64,000 nt of DNA from Candidatus Fermentithermobacillus carboniphilus (GCA_018208355.1 CP062796.1:1918517-1982516), one strand, 5' to 3'. Counted from the first letter of the stretch, positions 37,518 through 46,447 are shown. Numbers and translations: made by a program. The notes: generated by a model not told the origin, from the letters alone.

Positions 37518-37808
37518 ATGAACGTCAACGAAAGGGATTACGATATCCGCGAGGTTGAAGTGGACGAAAGGTTTACGATTGCCAAACGAGAGATGCTCAT
37601 AACCTTCGTGGTTCAGCTTGCTTACACTTTCCTGATGCTGGTTGTCGCCTACAGTCTGGGTAAAGGAGATCCCACCTTGTACCGGTTCGTGATGGGAATG
37701 CCAGAGTGGTGGTTCTGGTGCCTGATCATCACCTTTGGGTTCCTCGGTCTGATTTACTACCTGGTGAGGCGAGTCTTCAAAGATATTCCCATAGATCCCT
37801 GGCTTTAA
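37518..37808 (+). CDS. Small two-TM membrane protein, DUF997/YhdT-like (typically paired with a sodium:solute symporter)
   Basis: 96 aa with two hydrophobic helices. It sits immediately upstream of an SSS-family transporter, as for E. coli yhdT-panF. GGAGGTG ribosome-binding site. Confidence 0.5.
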   Translation: MNVNERDYDIREVEVDERFTIAKREMLITFVVQLAYTFLMLVVAYSLGKGDPTLYRFVMGMPEWWFWCLIITFGFLGLIYYLVRRVFKDIPIDPWL

Positions 37809-37833
37809 TGGTGCTTGAAGGGAGTGAATTGGC

Positions 37834-39321
37834 GTGGAACTTACCGGAGCCAGAACGTCGGTTATAATCGCGTTCGTCCTCTATTCGCTAGCGCTGCTTC
37901 TCATCGCGGAGTTCAGCAGGCGAAGGATGGCCAAGAGCAGGCTCGACCAGTACGTTAGCGAGTTCTACACCGGAGGACGAGGGATGGGTTCCTGGGTCGT
38001 CGCCTTCATGGTGGCGGCAGGACTTTGCAGCGCAGGTACGTTCCTTGGAAGCCCGGGCCTTGCCTATAGTGTGGGCCTTGTTTTTCCGTTTGTGGTGATG
38101 GCCCAATCATTCATGAACTTTGTGGTCCTGGGGCAAGTGGGAAAGAAAATCGGCATTGTCGCGAGACGAGTGGACGCCCAGTCTTACCTCGACATTCTCA
38201 CCGAGAGGTACAACCACAGTAACTTCGTCCGGTGGTTCGGTGCTCTGGCCATCTGGATATTCTACACATCCAATATAGTCGCTCAGTTGAGTGGCGGAAC
38301 CCGTCTTATCCAGGTAATGACGGGGTTCCCGTATATTTGGTCTCTCCTTGCGTTCGGCCTTGTTGTCCTCGTATATACCGTTATGGGCGGAATCAAGGGA
38401 GTATCGACCGCGATTTTCTTCCAGGGCCTGGTCATGACGATATGTATCGTGATCCTTTTCGGAGTGCTTCTGGGCAAGATCTCGCCGATGGAAAACGCGT
38501 ACCGCCAAATCATTGAGACCAATCCCAAACTGGTTTCTCCCTGGGTATGGACGCCCGCATATTCTTTTTCAATGTTCGTTTCGCTTGGCCTCGTCACCAT
38601 AGGACAGCCCCACGGAGCCATGGCTTGTCTCACCTACAAGGATACAAAAGCTATGCACAGCGCAATGATTATAGGTGCGGCGGTAGTGGCCGTTTGGAGC
38701 GCGATGATCGTTTGGGCCGGAAATCTTGCTCACGCGGTTGTCCCGAAACTTTCTGTGCCTGATTACGTGATACCGTACGTAGCGGTGAACCTGATGCCAG
38801 GATGGGTAGCGGGCCTTGTTCTGGCGGGAGTCGCTGCTGCCATACAATCCACGATAGCCGCCGTGGTCCTGGTCATCAGCTCGGCCCTCGTTCGAGACAT
38901 GTATCTCGTGCTAAAGCCGACCAAAGATCCGAAAAAAATTCGGCGTGTGACGCTCGGTGCTACGGCAGTGGCGGCTCTCGTCCCTGTGCTCATCGCCATT
39001 AAGCCTCCGGCTGCTCTGCAGTGGTTCATCCTGTTTGCCATAGGAGGCCTCACGTCTTCGTTCTTCTGGCCCATGCTCCTCGGGCTATACTGGTGGCGTG
39101 CCAATGAGTACGGCGCCATAGCCGGGATGGTGGGCGGTATGGCTACCTTCATACTGGTTCAGGGTAAGATAATACCTTTCAACCTCGGAATGCATGGGAT
39201 TGTCATGGGGCTGATAGTTTCAGGGATCCTAACGGTCGCGGTCAGTCTTGCCACTCCTAAACCTCCGAGAAGAATCATTGAACTGTTCTGGGGTAAAACC
39301 AGGCCCGTCGAAGTCACATAG
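37834..39321 (+). CDS. Sodium:solute symporter (SSS family, PanF/PutP-like)
   Basis: 13-TM profile with SSS signature regions (GGRGMGSWVVAFMVAAGLCSAGTFLGSPGLAY...GLVVLVYTVMGGIKGVSTAIFFQG). Confidence 0.8.
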   Translation: MELTGARTSVIIAFVLYSLALLLIAEFSRRRMAKSRLDQYVSEFYTGGRGMGSWVVAFMVAAGLCSAGTFLGSPGLAYSVGLVFPFVVMAQSFMNFVVLGQVGKKIGIVARRVDAQSYLDILTERYNHSNFVRWFGALAIWIFYTSNIVAQLSGGTRLIQVMTGFPYIWSLLAFGLVVLVYTVMGGIKGVSTAIFFQGLVMTICIVILFGVLLGKISPMENAYRQIIETNPKLVSPWVWTPAYSFSMFVSLGLVTIGQPHGAMACLTYKDTKAMHSAMIIGAAVVAVWSAMIVWAGNLAHAVVPKLSVPDYVIPYVAVNLMPGWVAGLVLAGVAAAIQSTIAAVVLVISSALVRDMYLVLKPTKDPKKIRRVTLGATAVAALVPVLIAIKPPAALQWFILFAIGGLTSSFFWPMLLGLYWWRANEYGAIAGMVGGMATFILVQGKIIPFNLGMHGIVMGLIVSGILTVAVSLATPKPPRRIIELFWGKTRPVEVT

Positions 39322-39365
39322 CTTGGTCCGCTTGAACTTCTGCTTGAACTTTTTGATACATGATA

Positions 39366-39401
39366 CCGGCTGCAGGGATCATCTCTGCAGCCGGAGTTTT
39401 T
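39366..39401 (+). terminator. Rho-independent terminator after the symporter gene
   Basis: CCGGCTGCAGGgatcatctCTGCAGCCGG followed by AGTTTTT. Confidence 0.6.
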
Positions 39402-39681
39402 GTGCCCGTTACCTATCACGCTGCCCGATCGTCACCGGCGGAGTCGGGGCCGGTTTCAGGCATGCTGGCTGCGTGTTCACGAGTCCGGAACCTTGTCATC
39501 CGACGCTGGTTCTGAACGAAGAGAGTAATTGAGTGGTATAGGGACGAGTCACGAGCTAGGTGATGAGATAATTCTGAACGAAAATAGTGATTGAGTACTG
39601 AGCGGGCGGGCGAGATTCCGGGCCTGGCCTGCGGGTACCGGTTCCATTTTTCTACCGCACAGAAGGAGGTTAAATTCGCAC

Positions 39682-41889
39682 ATGAGAAGCCTTTCCAAGA
39701 TTCTGGCATGCCTCGTGCTCGGCGGGCTGTTGCTGGCATTATTTCCATCTGCAGCCTACGCCAGGCTCAATGCTTACGAGTGGAAGCTGATGCAGACACT
39801 CCAGGAGGCTGAGGCTTCAGGAGACACAGCCACTATGGTGAAGGTCCTCCTAGAACTCATAGATATCGAGGAACGCTACGACGACCTCGACTCCCACCAG
39901 CGCCTCGCGCCCTATTACCAGAAGCTCGGACGCTACTATGACAGCATAGGCGAATTTCAGAAGGCCCGGGAGTGCTTTCTGAAAGCGGGTTTTCACTGGC
40001 GGGCGATGAACGCTCCGGAGTCCGCGCTGGCGGATGATGCCAGGGCGAGGCAGTTGAATATCGAACTTGAACTCTTCCGTGAAGTTCCGGCCCAGGATTT
40101 GCCCGGCTATCCTCTTGCTCTCCACGAACCTGCGTGGGGAACGTACCTTGGAGGTCATTTTCCTCTGGACGGGAACGTGGGGATCAAGTATAGCAGAGTT
40201 CCCCTATATTACGGGAAGCCCCATGCCATCCTGGAATACGTCGAGTGGGGAAATCCCGTGCCCAACAATACCCTTGGACAGGTGAGGCAACTGGGAGTTC
40301 CACTGGAACTGGCCTTACAGCCCGCGTCAGGCCTTGAAAACGTGAAAGAAGACTCTTACATACGGAACCTTTTGACTCAGCTCAATTCCCTGGGGGTGCC
40401 GGTTTTCCTCCGATTCGGGGGAGAAATGAACGGTGGCTGGGTGATCTGGGGCAAGAACCCCTCGGTCTTCATAGAAAAATTCAGGCTGGTTGCGGACCTC
40501 GCCCACAAAATTGCTCCCAATGTGGCGATGGTCTTTTGCCCCAACCACGTGCCTGAGGATTACGAGAAGTATTACCCGGGTGACGAATATGTTGACTGGA
40601 TCGGGGTCAACTTCTACAGCGACTACTACATGGCAGGCGATCCTCACCTGCCTGAAACCACTCAGGCCATTTTCCAGGCCGGGAAGAAAGCCAACCCGGT
40701 AGATAAGCTCATCAAAATCTATGAGATGTTCTCTGATAGAAAACCCATAATGATAGGAGAGTTTGGGGTAAGTCATTACTCTGTCAGCACGAAAGAGGAC
40801 TGCCTGGATTGGGGGCTGAACCAGCTTTCGCAGGTGTACGGGTACCTACCCTTGAAGTTTCCCAGGATCAAGGCGGTGTTTTACTTCAGCGCGGACCAGG
40901 GGAGTCCCGACTATAAACCTTCCAACCGGTGGTCAAACTACTCCCTCGGGAGGGAACAGTTCAGATCCAGGTACCTTGAGGTCACGAAAAGCCCGTATTA
41001 CCTGTCGGGGAAGGATAGGGTTTCGCCTGTAAGGTATGCAAGCCTCCAGGAGGCGGGTCTTATCCCCGGGGAGAACAAAATCCTGGCTTACGTGCGGCTT
41101 CCGTATCCTTTTGCCGGAAAAGTTCGGTACGAGTTTGACGGGAAGATTGTAGGGGAAGCAGACTATGCTCCTTTTGCCATCTCGTTGAATATCCCGGAAA
41201 ACCTGGAGGGGATTCACCTTCTCACGGTGAGGACGTGGTATGCCGGAGGCAAAGAAGGGCCTGCCAAAACCTACGCCATAGACGGGGAAACGTTGCGGGT
41301 CCATCCTCTGTCAGGCGACCAGGTTCCGGTTGCCGCGTTTTCTGATCTCGAAGGGCACTGGGCCTTCCGGGAAATCGAAAAACTGACGGGTCTCGGAATC
41401 TTGAAAGGATACGGGGATGGGAGTTTCAGACCTGACGGCCCGATCACCAGAGCAGAATTCTTAAAGGTTCTCTTTGAGGTGGCGGGTATAACCGCGAAAA
41501 CCCCTGAAACAGAACCGGTGTCCCCCTATGAGACTTCACATTGGGCGGCGGCTCTCATCGATGCAGCAAGAGAGCGAAAGGTTATCCGGGATTCTCGCGG
41601 ACTTGACATCGCCGGCACGTTCCTCCCCGACGAGCCTTGTCCCCGGTGGGAAATGGCCGTTTATGCTGCCAGGGCCATTGGACTCCGGCCGAAGGACGTG
41701 GCCCGGACGAGTTTTTCCGACGATTCCGAGATACCGGAGGAGTGGAAGGGGACAATTCAGGCGGCAGTCGATGCGGGACTCATCCGGGGTCTTGACGGTA
41801 GAAGGTTTGGCCCGCGAGAGAGCATGACCCGGGCTCAGGCCTGCGTGATGGCCGTCCGGATCATGAGATACCTCAGCTCGGTCAAATGA
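39682..41889 (+). CDS. Secreted SLH-domain protein with a GH26-like (beta-mannanase-type) catalytic domain. Signal peptide, N-terminal helical/TPR-like region, three C-terminal SLH repeats.
   Basis: Signal peptide MRSLSKILACLVLGGLLLALFPSAAYA. GH26-type block (VFLRFGGEMNGGWVIWG...IMIGEFGV). Three SLH repeats (FSDLEGHWAFREIEKLTGLGILKGYGDGSFRPDGPITRAEF; HWAAALIDAA...; FSDDSEIPEEWKGTIQAAVDAGLIRGLDGRRFGPRESMTRAQA). Confidence 0.65.
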   Translation: MRSLSKILACLVLGGLLLALFPSAAYARLNAYEWKLMQTLQEAEASGDTATMVKVLLELIDIEERYDDLDSHQRLAPYYQKLGRYYDSIGEFQKARECFLKAGFHWRAMNAPESALADDARARQLNIELELFREVPAQDLPGYPLALHEPAWGTYLGGHFPLDGNVGIKYSRVPLYYGKPHAILEYVEWGNPVPNNTLGQVRQLGVPLELALQPASGLENVKEDSYIRNLLTQLNSLGVPVFLRFGGEMNGGWVIWGKNPSVFIEKFRLVADLAHKIAPNVAMVFCPNHVPEDYEKYYPGDEYVDWIGVNFYSDYYMAGDPHLPETTQAIFQAGKKANPVDKLIKIYEMFSDRKPIMIGEFGVSHYSVSTKEDCLDWGLNQLSQVYGYLPLKFPRIKAVFYFSADQGSPDYKPSNRWSNYSLGREQFRSRYLEVTKSPYYLSGKDRVSPVRYASLQEAGLIPGENKILAYVRLPYPFAGKVRYEFDGKIVGEADYAPFAISLNIPENLEGIHLLTVRTWYAGGKEGPAKTYAIDGETLRVHPLSGDQVPVAAFSDLEGHWAFREIEKLTGLGILKGYGDGSFRPDGPITRAEFLKVLFEVAGITAKTPETEPVSPYETSHWAAALIDAARERKVIRDSRGLDIAGTFLPDEPCPRWEMAVYAARAIGLRPKDVARTSFSDDSEIPEEWKGTIQAAVDAGLIRGLDGRRFGPRESMTRAQACVMAVRIMRYLSSVK

Positions 41890-42266
41890 CTGTTTTTCTC
41901 AAGACAAGTCATTCTTCTACAGGGGTGCGGCAACTTCTGTGTCAAAAAGATAGCCAGGAACAGCTCAGAGGATATTGACTGGGTTTACTCCATGGGATTA
42001 TCATCTATGTGTAATCTGCATATATATGATGAACATGAGTTTCGGCGTCAATGTTGAGGCAAGGCTTGGTAAAATACCGAAAATGACCTGAGAGATTCAA
42101 CAGAGACTAAGGCCAAACGCCGGCGGCCGACGTAACCGCAGGCTACCGGCCCAGGCAGGTGATAGCAGTGCATCACGGAAAGAATGGGGAGGATTTCTCG
42201 TGCTGCCAGAATGGCCATGGAGGAGGCCACAGGCCGCAGGTTTCCTGCGTTTGCGTGAGTTCCCGC

Positions 42267-42608
42267 ATGGAGCGCTTCATGGAACCCTGTCTTTTGCTTC
42301 TCTTGCTGGAAAAACCGTCGCACGGATATGACCTTATCTCTCGACTCGTGGAATTTGGGTTCGGGGAGAACCAGGACCCCGGTATGGTCTACCGGAACCT
42401 GCGGAGGCTCGAGGAACAGGGCATGATCAGTTCCAGGTGGGATACTGCGGGTGCAGGGCCGGCCAGACGTTTCTACGAAGTTACGGGGGAGGGAACCGAC
42501 TACCTGGCAGCCTGGGCTCAGACAATACGTCAGCACGTTAAGACCTTGGAAAAATTCCTCGAATGGTATGAGGCTCTTCGCAAGGGAGAAAGACCTTCTT
42601 CCACCTAG
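42267..42608 (+). CDS. PadR-family transcriptional regulator
   Basis: Winged-HTH PadR motifs (LLLLLEKPSHGYDLISRL...GMVYRNLRRLEEQGMISSRWDT...RRFYEVTGEG). Start at the internal ATG (MERFMEP). The longer track ORF starts in the promoter region. Confidence 0.8.
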   Translation: MERFMEPCLLLLLLEKPSHGYDLISRLVEFGFGENQDPGMVYRNLRRLEEQGMISSRWDTAGAGPARRFYEVTGEGTDYLAAWAQTIRQHVKTLEKFLEWYEALRKGERPSST

Positions 42609-42736
42609 CGGGGGGCTGGCGGGGCGGACTTGTCATAAGTCTTCTCTCTACTCGTGGGCTTTCGGACTTTGCTCTCTCAGGTTCGCCTTTCAAGGGCGAT
42701 TCGCCGGAGTTATACGGGGAGAGGAGGTGATAATCG

Positions 42737-43225
42737 ATGCGTTGCTGTGAAGGATACAGAGATGGACCTCGCGAAGGATGGCACGCGCACCACGGCTGCT
42801 GTGAAGGTGGTCGCGGCTTCCATGGAAATAGATGCTGCGAACCGGCACACAAAGGGTACTGGTGGGAGTGCTGCTGTGAGCGCCGCGACGAGAGTTGGTG
42901 CTGCCGGCCGGTTTACCACATCCATTGCCACGGATGTTGTTGCTGCTACCCTTATGCAGGAGGACCACACGGGCATCCCTGGAAGTGGCAAGAGCACCGC
43001 CACGCAGAAGCCTGCGAGTGCTGGCACGACGGGGACGCAGACAAAGAAAAGTTCGATTCAGAGGCACAAGTCAGGCTTCTGAAGAAGGCGGTAAAACACC
43101 TCAAAGGCAAGGTCGAGTGGCTGGAGGAAAAGGTTAACCGGCTCTCTTCGGAAACCACCGGGGTTTCAGAAGAACGCCAGGAGAAATCTGACTGTTGCGA
43201 CTGCGAAGACGGACAAGAACAATAA
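42737..43225 (+). CDS. Cys/His/Trp-rich protein with repeated CC doublets (~21 Cys and ~14 His in 162 aa) and a C-terminal coiled-coil. Function unknown; candidate metal- or redox-binding protein co-transcribed with PadR.
   Basis: A strong GGAGGTGA ribosome-binding site sits 6 nt before the ATG. The sequence is MRCCEGYRDGPREGWHAHHGCCEGGRGFHGNRCCEPAHKGYWWECCCERRDESWCCRPVYHIHCHGCCCCYPYAGGPHGHPWKWQEHRHAEACECWHDGD, then the coiled-coil AQVRLLKKAVKHLKGKVEWLEEKVNRL, then the C-terminal SDCCDCEDGQEQ. The DNA carries a recurring GCTGCTGTGA(A/G) unit. Confidence 0.55.
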   Translation: MRCCEGYRDGPREGWHAHHGCCEGGRGFHGNRCCEPAHKGYWWECCCERRDESWCCRPVYHIHCHGCCCCYPYAGGPHGHPWKWQEHRHAEACECWHDGDADKEKFDSEAQVRLLKKAVKHLKGKVEWLEEKVNRLSSETTGVSEERQEKSDCCDCEDGQEQ

Positions 43226-43465
43226 CGGTTCCGCATGGGTCCTGTGAAGTGACATAAGACGGGCCGGAGGTAGATTCTCCTTTCTCGTGCCGGCGAAGTA
43301 GTTTGTGAGCGGCAGGAAAGGAGCTCTCCGGCCTTTTCCTTCTGTCCCCATACGATTTTCCGAATCCTGGTGACGTGCCCCTAAATGCCCTGACGTCTGC
43401 AGGAACGACGCTTGTCCCGCGAGAATCATAACTGTCAACTACTTTCAGATCTGAGGTGAAGAAAT

Positions 43466-44698
43466 ATGGTGTTAGCGGTCAAAAACGCGACCCTCTTCGA
43501 CGGGTCAGGCGCCCCTCCTTACGGTCCTACCACCGTTATTGTCGAAGGTGACAGGATCGCTTCCGTGGGGCCGTCAGCAGAGGTTCAGATCCCCGAAAAC
43601 TGTGAGATCCTGGACGCAGCCGGGAAGTTCCTGATGCCCGGGCTCATAGACAGCCACGTACATATCACCGGCTCAGGTGATCCAAACCGGTTGAAAGCGT
43701 TGAAGGAACTGGTCCCCCACCAGGCGATAAGGGCGGCTCTCAATGCCAGGGCGACGCTTGAGGCGGGCTTTACCGCCATAAGGGACGCAGGAGCGGGCTT
43801 TCTGGTAGACGTAGCCCTGAAACAGGCAATTAACGAAGGGCTTGTTCCGGGACCCAGGATGCAGGTAGCTTGCCGGGGATTGTCGATCACCGGAGGGCAC
43901 GGCGATACCAGGAATGGCTGGCCGCCCGAGGTGGAGTTCAAAGGAAGATATGTGGTAGACAGCCCCGACGAAGCCCGCAGGGCAGCGCGTGAGCAGCTCA
44001 GAGATGGGGCTGACCACATAAAACTTCACGCCACAGGCGGCGTAATGTCTGAGGGCGACGTCCCAACGGCTAGAGGATTGACCATCGACGAGATGAGGGC
44101 CGCAATTGAAGAGGCCCACAACGTCGGTAAGAAAGCCATGGCCCACGCCCAGGGTTCTACCGGCATAAAAAACGCGATCCTGGCCGGCGTCTCTTCGATC
44201 GAGCACGGATTCTATCTCACAGATGAAATCATTGAACTGATGTTGAAGAAAGATGTGTTCCTGGTCCCGACCCTTGCCGCGGTCCATCACATAGTCGAAA
44301 AGGGAACAGAGGCGGGAATCCCCGAGTACGGCGTGAGGAAAGCCAAAGAGGCTCAGAAAGCCCATCTCGAAAGCTTCGCCAAGGCATATAAGGCGGGCGT
44401 GAAAATCGCCATGGGCACCGATGCGGCCACGCCGTTCAACTACCACGGAAAGAACGCTCTTGAGCTCGAACTCATGGTGAAAGCCGGGATGAAACCCATG
44501 GACGCTCTTCTCGCGGCGACCAAGATGGGAGCAGAGCTTATGGGTTGGGGCGACAGGATGGGCCAGGTGAAGCCGGGTTATTGGGCGGACCTGATCCTGG
44601 TCGATGGGAACCCGCTTGAAGACATACGTGTCCTCCAGGATGTTTCAAGAATCAAAGTTGTCATGAAGGCAGGCAAGATAGAGGTCCGAAGGCAGTAG
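43466..44698 (+). CDS. Metal-dependent amidohydrolase (COG1228, prolidase/imidazolonepropionase-like family)
   Basis: LIDSHVHITG metal ligands, KLHATGGV and a C-terminal amidohydrolase block (GTDAATPF...ADLILVDGNPLEDI). Confidence 0.8.
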   Translation: MVLAVKNATLFDGSGAPPYGPTTVIVEGDRIASVGPSAEVQIPENCEILDAAGKFLMPGLIDSHVHITGSGDPNRLKALKELVPHQAIRAALNARATLEAGFTAIRDAGAGFLVDVALKQAINEGLVPGPRMQVACRGLSITGGHGDTRNGWPPEVEFKGRYVVDSPDEARRAAREQLRDGADHIKLHATGGVMSEGDVPTARGLTIDEMRAAIEEAHNVGKKAMAHAQGSTGIKNAILAGVSSIEHGFYLTDEIIELMLKKDVFLVPTLAAVHHIVEKGTEAGIPEYGVRKAKEAQKAHLESFAKAYKAGVKIAMGTDAATPFNYHGKNALELELMVKAGMKPMDALLAATKMGAELMGWGDRMGQVKPGYWADLILVDGNPLEDIRVLQDVSRIKVVMKAGKIEVRRQ

Positions 44699-44772
44699 AC
44701 GGTCTTGAATCAGGCGGCGGTTCCCTTCCCCGGGCTACCGCCGCCGGTGATATGTTAAGCCCTATCCTTTAC

Positions 44773-45150
44773 CTATGCGGAAGCACCTTCCCGCCGGGAA
44801 GCAGTATCTCCTTGCATGTAGTCCAAAAGATTCATCGCATCTTGTAGGATTTTCTGGATGTCGGCCAGGACAACGAGGACCCTTTCCTCCGCTTCTATGA
44901 ATCGTTTTACGGGGCCATGCATGTTGACGATTTCCTGTATGCGTCCGAGAGCGGCTTTTTGCTTTTCGTCGAGCTCTTTGCCGGTGAGAATAGCCGATTG
45001 GGCGGCCAACTGGTGGGTCCTGTATTCCCTGAGGATCGATAACGCCTGCGGGTTTTCTAAAATAGCCTGTTTAGCCTTCTGATACTCTTTGTATTCCTCG
45101 CTTCCTTTAAGCTCACGGGCAAGCTCGTAGGCCTTATCGTACACAGCCAT
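44773..45150 (-). CDS. YlbF/YmcA-family regulatory protein (DUF964)
   Basis: 125-aa helical protein (YDKAYELARELKGSEEYKEYQKAKQAILENP) typical of the YlbF/YheA family of Firmicutes. Confidence 0.65.
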   Translation of the reverse strand: MAVYDKAYELARELKGSEEYKEYQKAKQAILENPQALSILREYRTHQLAAQSAILTGKELDEKQKAALGRIQEIVNMHGPVKRFIEAEERVLVVLADIQKILQDAMNLLDYMQGDTASRREGASA

Positions 45151-45193
45151 TTACAGAAAGCCCCCTCCACCGTTTCTTTCAATGTCCGCACCT

Positions 45194-46183
45194 CTAACGA
45201 TAGATGGTGAACGCCGGAGAAGGCAAGAGAATCGTCGCTAGAATCCCCACCAAGAATGCGGAGAGGACGAGTAATCCTAGAATTGACAGCACCGCGCCCT
45301 TATTGCGAGACTCTTTGAGAAGCACCAGAACGCCTATGCCGGCGTTGGAAGTAAGCGCGCTCAAGGTGGCGGGGAACGACATCATGCCGGACAAGAAGGC
45401 TTCCGCCACTGCCACCGACGTGGCGCAGGAAGGGATCAGGCCTATTAGTGCGGCGACGAGAGGTTGCCAGAATCCCAGTCCGGTCAAGCCACGTATGAGG
45501 TTTTCACCCAGCATGTGCCCGGCAAAGTTCAAAAGACACGAAAGCACGAAAACCATGGCAAGAGTCCTTGCCGTCCTGTTTAAAGCATGGCTCGCCATAT
45601 CGAGGAAAGTCGCTTTTCCGCCGATGCAGGAGTCCACCTCACGGCCCGCCTTATTTGAATGCCTCCGGGCTCTCCCCGAACCGCACATGCAGAAATCCCC
45701 GGATTCCGCGGGCCTCTCGAAATCGGCAGGAAGACCTTCCGTAGTGTCAGTATCAGGCAAGCGTCCCAACCGAGCCGTGGCCAGGTTGACGGAGATGCCG
45801 ACGACCGCACCCCAGACGAATTTCGTTACGATAAGAGGCACAACGAAAGGCAAAGAGGACCGGTTGGCGAGGAGGATGGGTAGGGCTTCGTCGGAAGTGG
45901 AGATATAGGCGGCCAGCAGGGAACCGGCGGGTATCAGCCCTGCCAAGTACAACATGGTAGCTGCCACCGAGAAACCGCACTGGGGAAGCAATCCCAATAT
46001 CGAGGCGAAAATAGGGCCCAGTATGGGCTGTCCGGTGGCCCTTGCCAGCCAAGACTCTCTTGTTCTGTGTGATACGGCTTCTACCAGAAGAAAAACGGCG
46101 AAAAGTAGAGGGAGCATAGCCCCTGTATGTTCAAGTCCTTCTAACAGTACCTCGCGTAGGTGCTCAAGCACTCGTTCGTCCAA
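45194..46183 (-). CDS. Polytopic membrane permease with duplicated Cys-containing TM motifs (ArsP_2/DUF2899-like putative metal(loid) exporter)
   Basis: Two homologous halves with LLPQCGFSVAATMLY and LIPSCATSVAVAEAF in transmembrane helices, plus a Cys-rich cytoplasmic loop (CMCGSGRARRHSNKAGREVDSC). Confidence 0.35.
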   Translation of the reverse strand: MDERVLEHLREVLLEGLEHTGAMLPLLFAVFLLVEAVSHRTRESWLARATGQPILGPIFASILGLLPQCGFSVAATMLYLAGLIPAGSLLAAYISTSDEALPILLANRSSLPFVVPLIVTKFVWGAVVGISVNLATARLGRLPDTDTTEGLPADFERPAESGDFCMCGSGRARRHSNKAGREVDSCIGGKATFLDMASHALNRTARTLAMVFVLSCLLNFAGHMLGENLIRGLTGLGFWQPLVAALIGLIPSCATSVAVAEAFLSGMMSFPATLSALTSNAGIGVLVLLKESRNKGAVLSILGLLVLSAFLVGILATILLPSPAFTIYR

Positions 46184-46376
46184 AGAGCAACGCCTCCGTA
46201 GGACAAGTTTAAGAGAAGTGCCCTCAAGTAATTCTTACCACTTTGTGTCAAGATATGCCGGACACAAGAGCAACCATAGACATCCAGAGTATGAGCGACA
46301 GGGGGCGCTGAAGCGCCGAGTTCCTGAGTAGTAGTTCATAGCTATTGACTACAAGTTGAGTTATATAATTCGCATA

Positions 46377-46405
46377 TTGACATTATTAATATTCCGATTT
46401 ACTAT
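46377..46405 (+). promoter_or_regulatory. Candidate sigma-A promoter for the ABC-2 exporter operon
   Basis: TTGACA, a 17-nt spacer, then TACTAT, in an AT-rich intergenic region ~45 nt upstream of the ABC ATPase start. Confidence 0.4.
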
Positions 46406-46447
46406 TTTAAGGCAAAGTCTTAACTGGCACCCAAGGGGTGACGACAA

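Noticed and set aside
41990-42270. Possible PadR operator (CATATATATG palindrome and ATGT...ACAT half-sites) upstream of padR
   Set aside because: Spacing of the half-sites does not fit the usual ATGT-N8-ACAT PadR box. The 10-bp AT palindrome is common in AT-rich promoter DNA. This is not specific enough to report as a feature.
44713-44745. GGCGGCGGT...ACCGCCGCC hairpin between the convergent amidohydrolase and ylbF genes, considered as a bidirectional terminator
   Set aside because: A good stem, but no U-tract on either side. It could still act as an RNA-stability element, but the evidence is insufficient to list it as a terminator.
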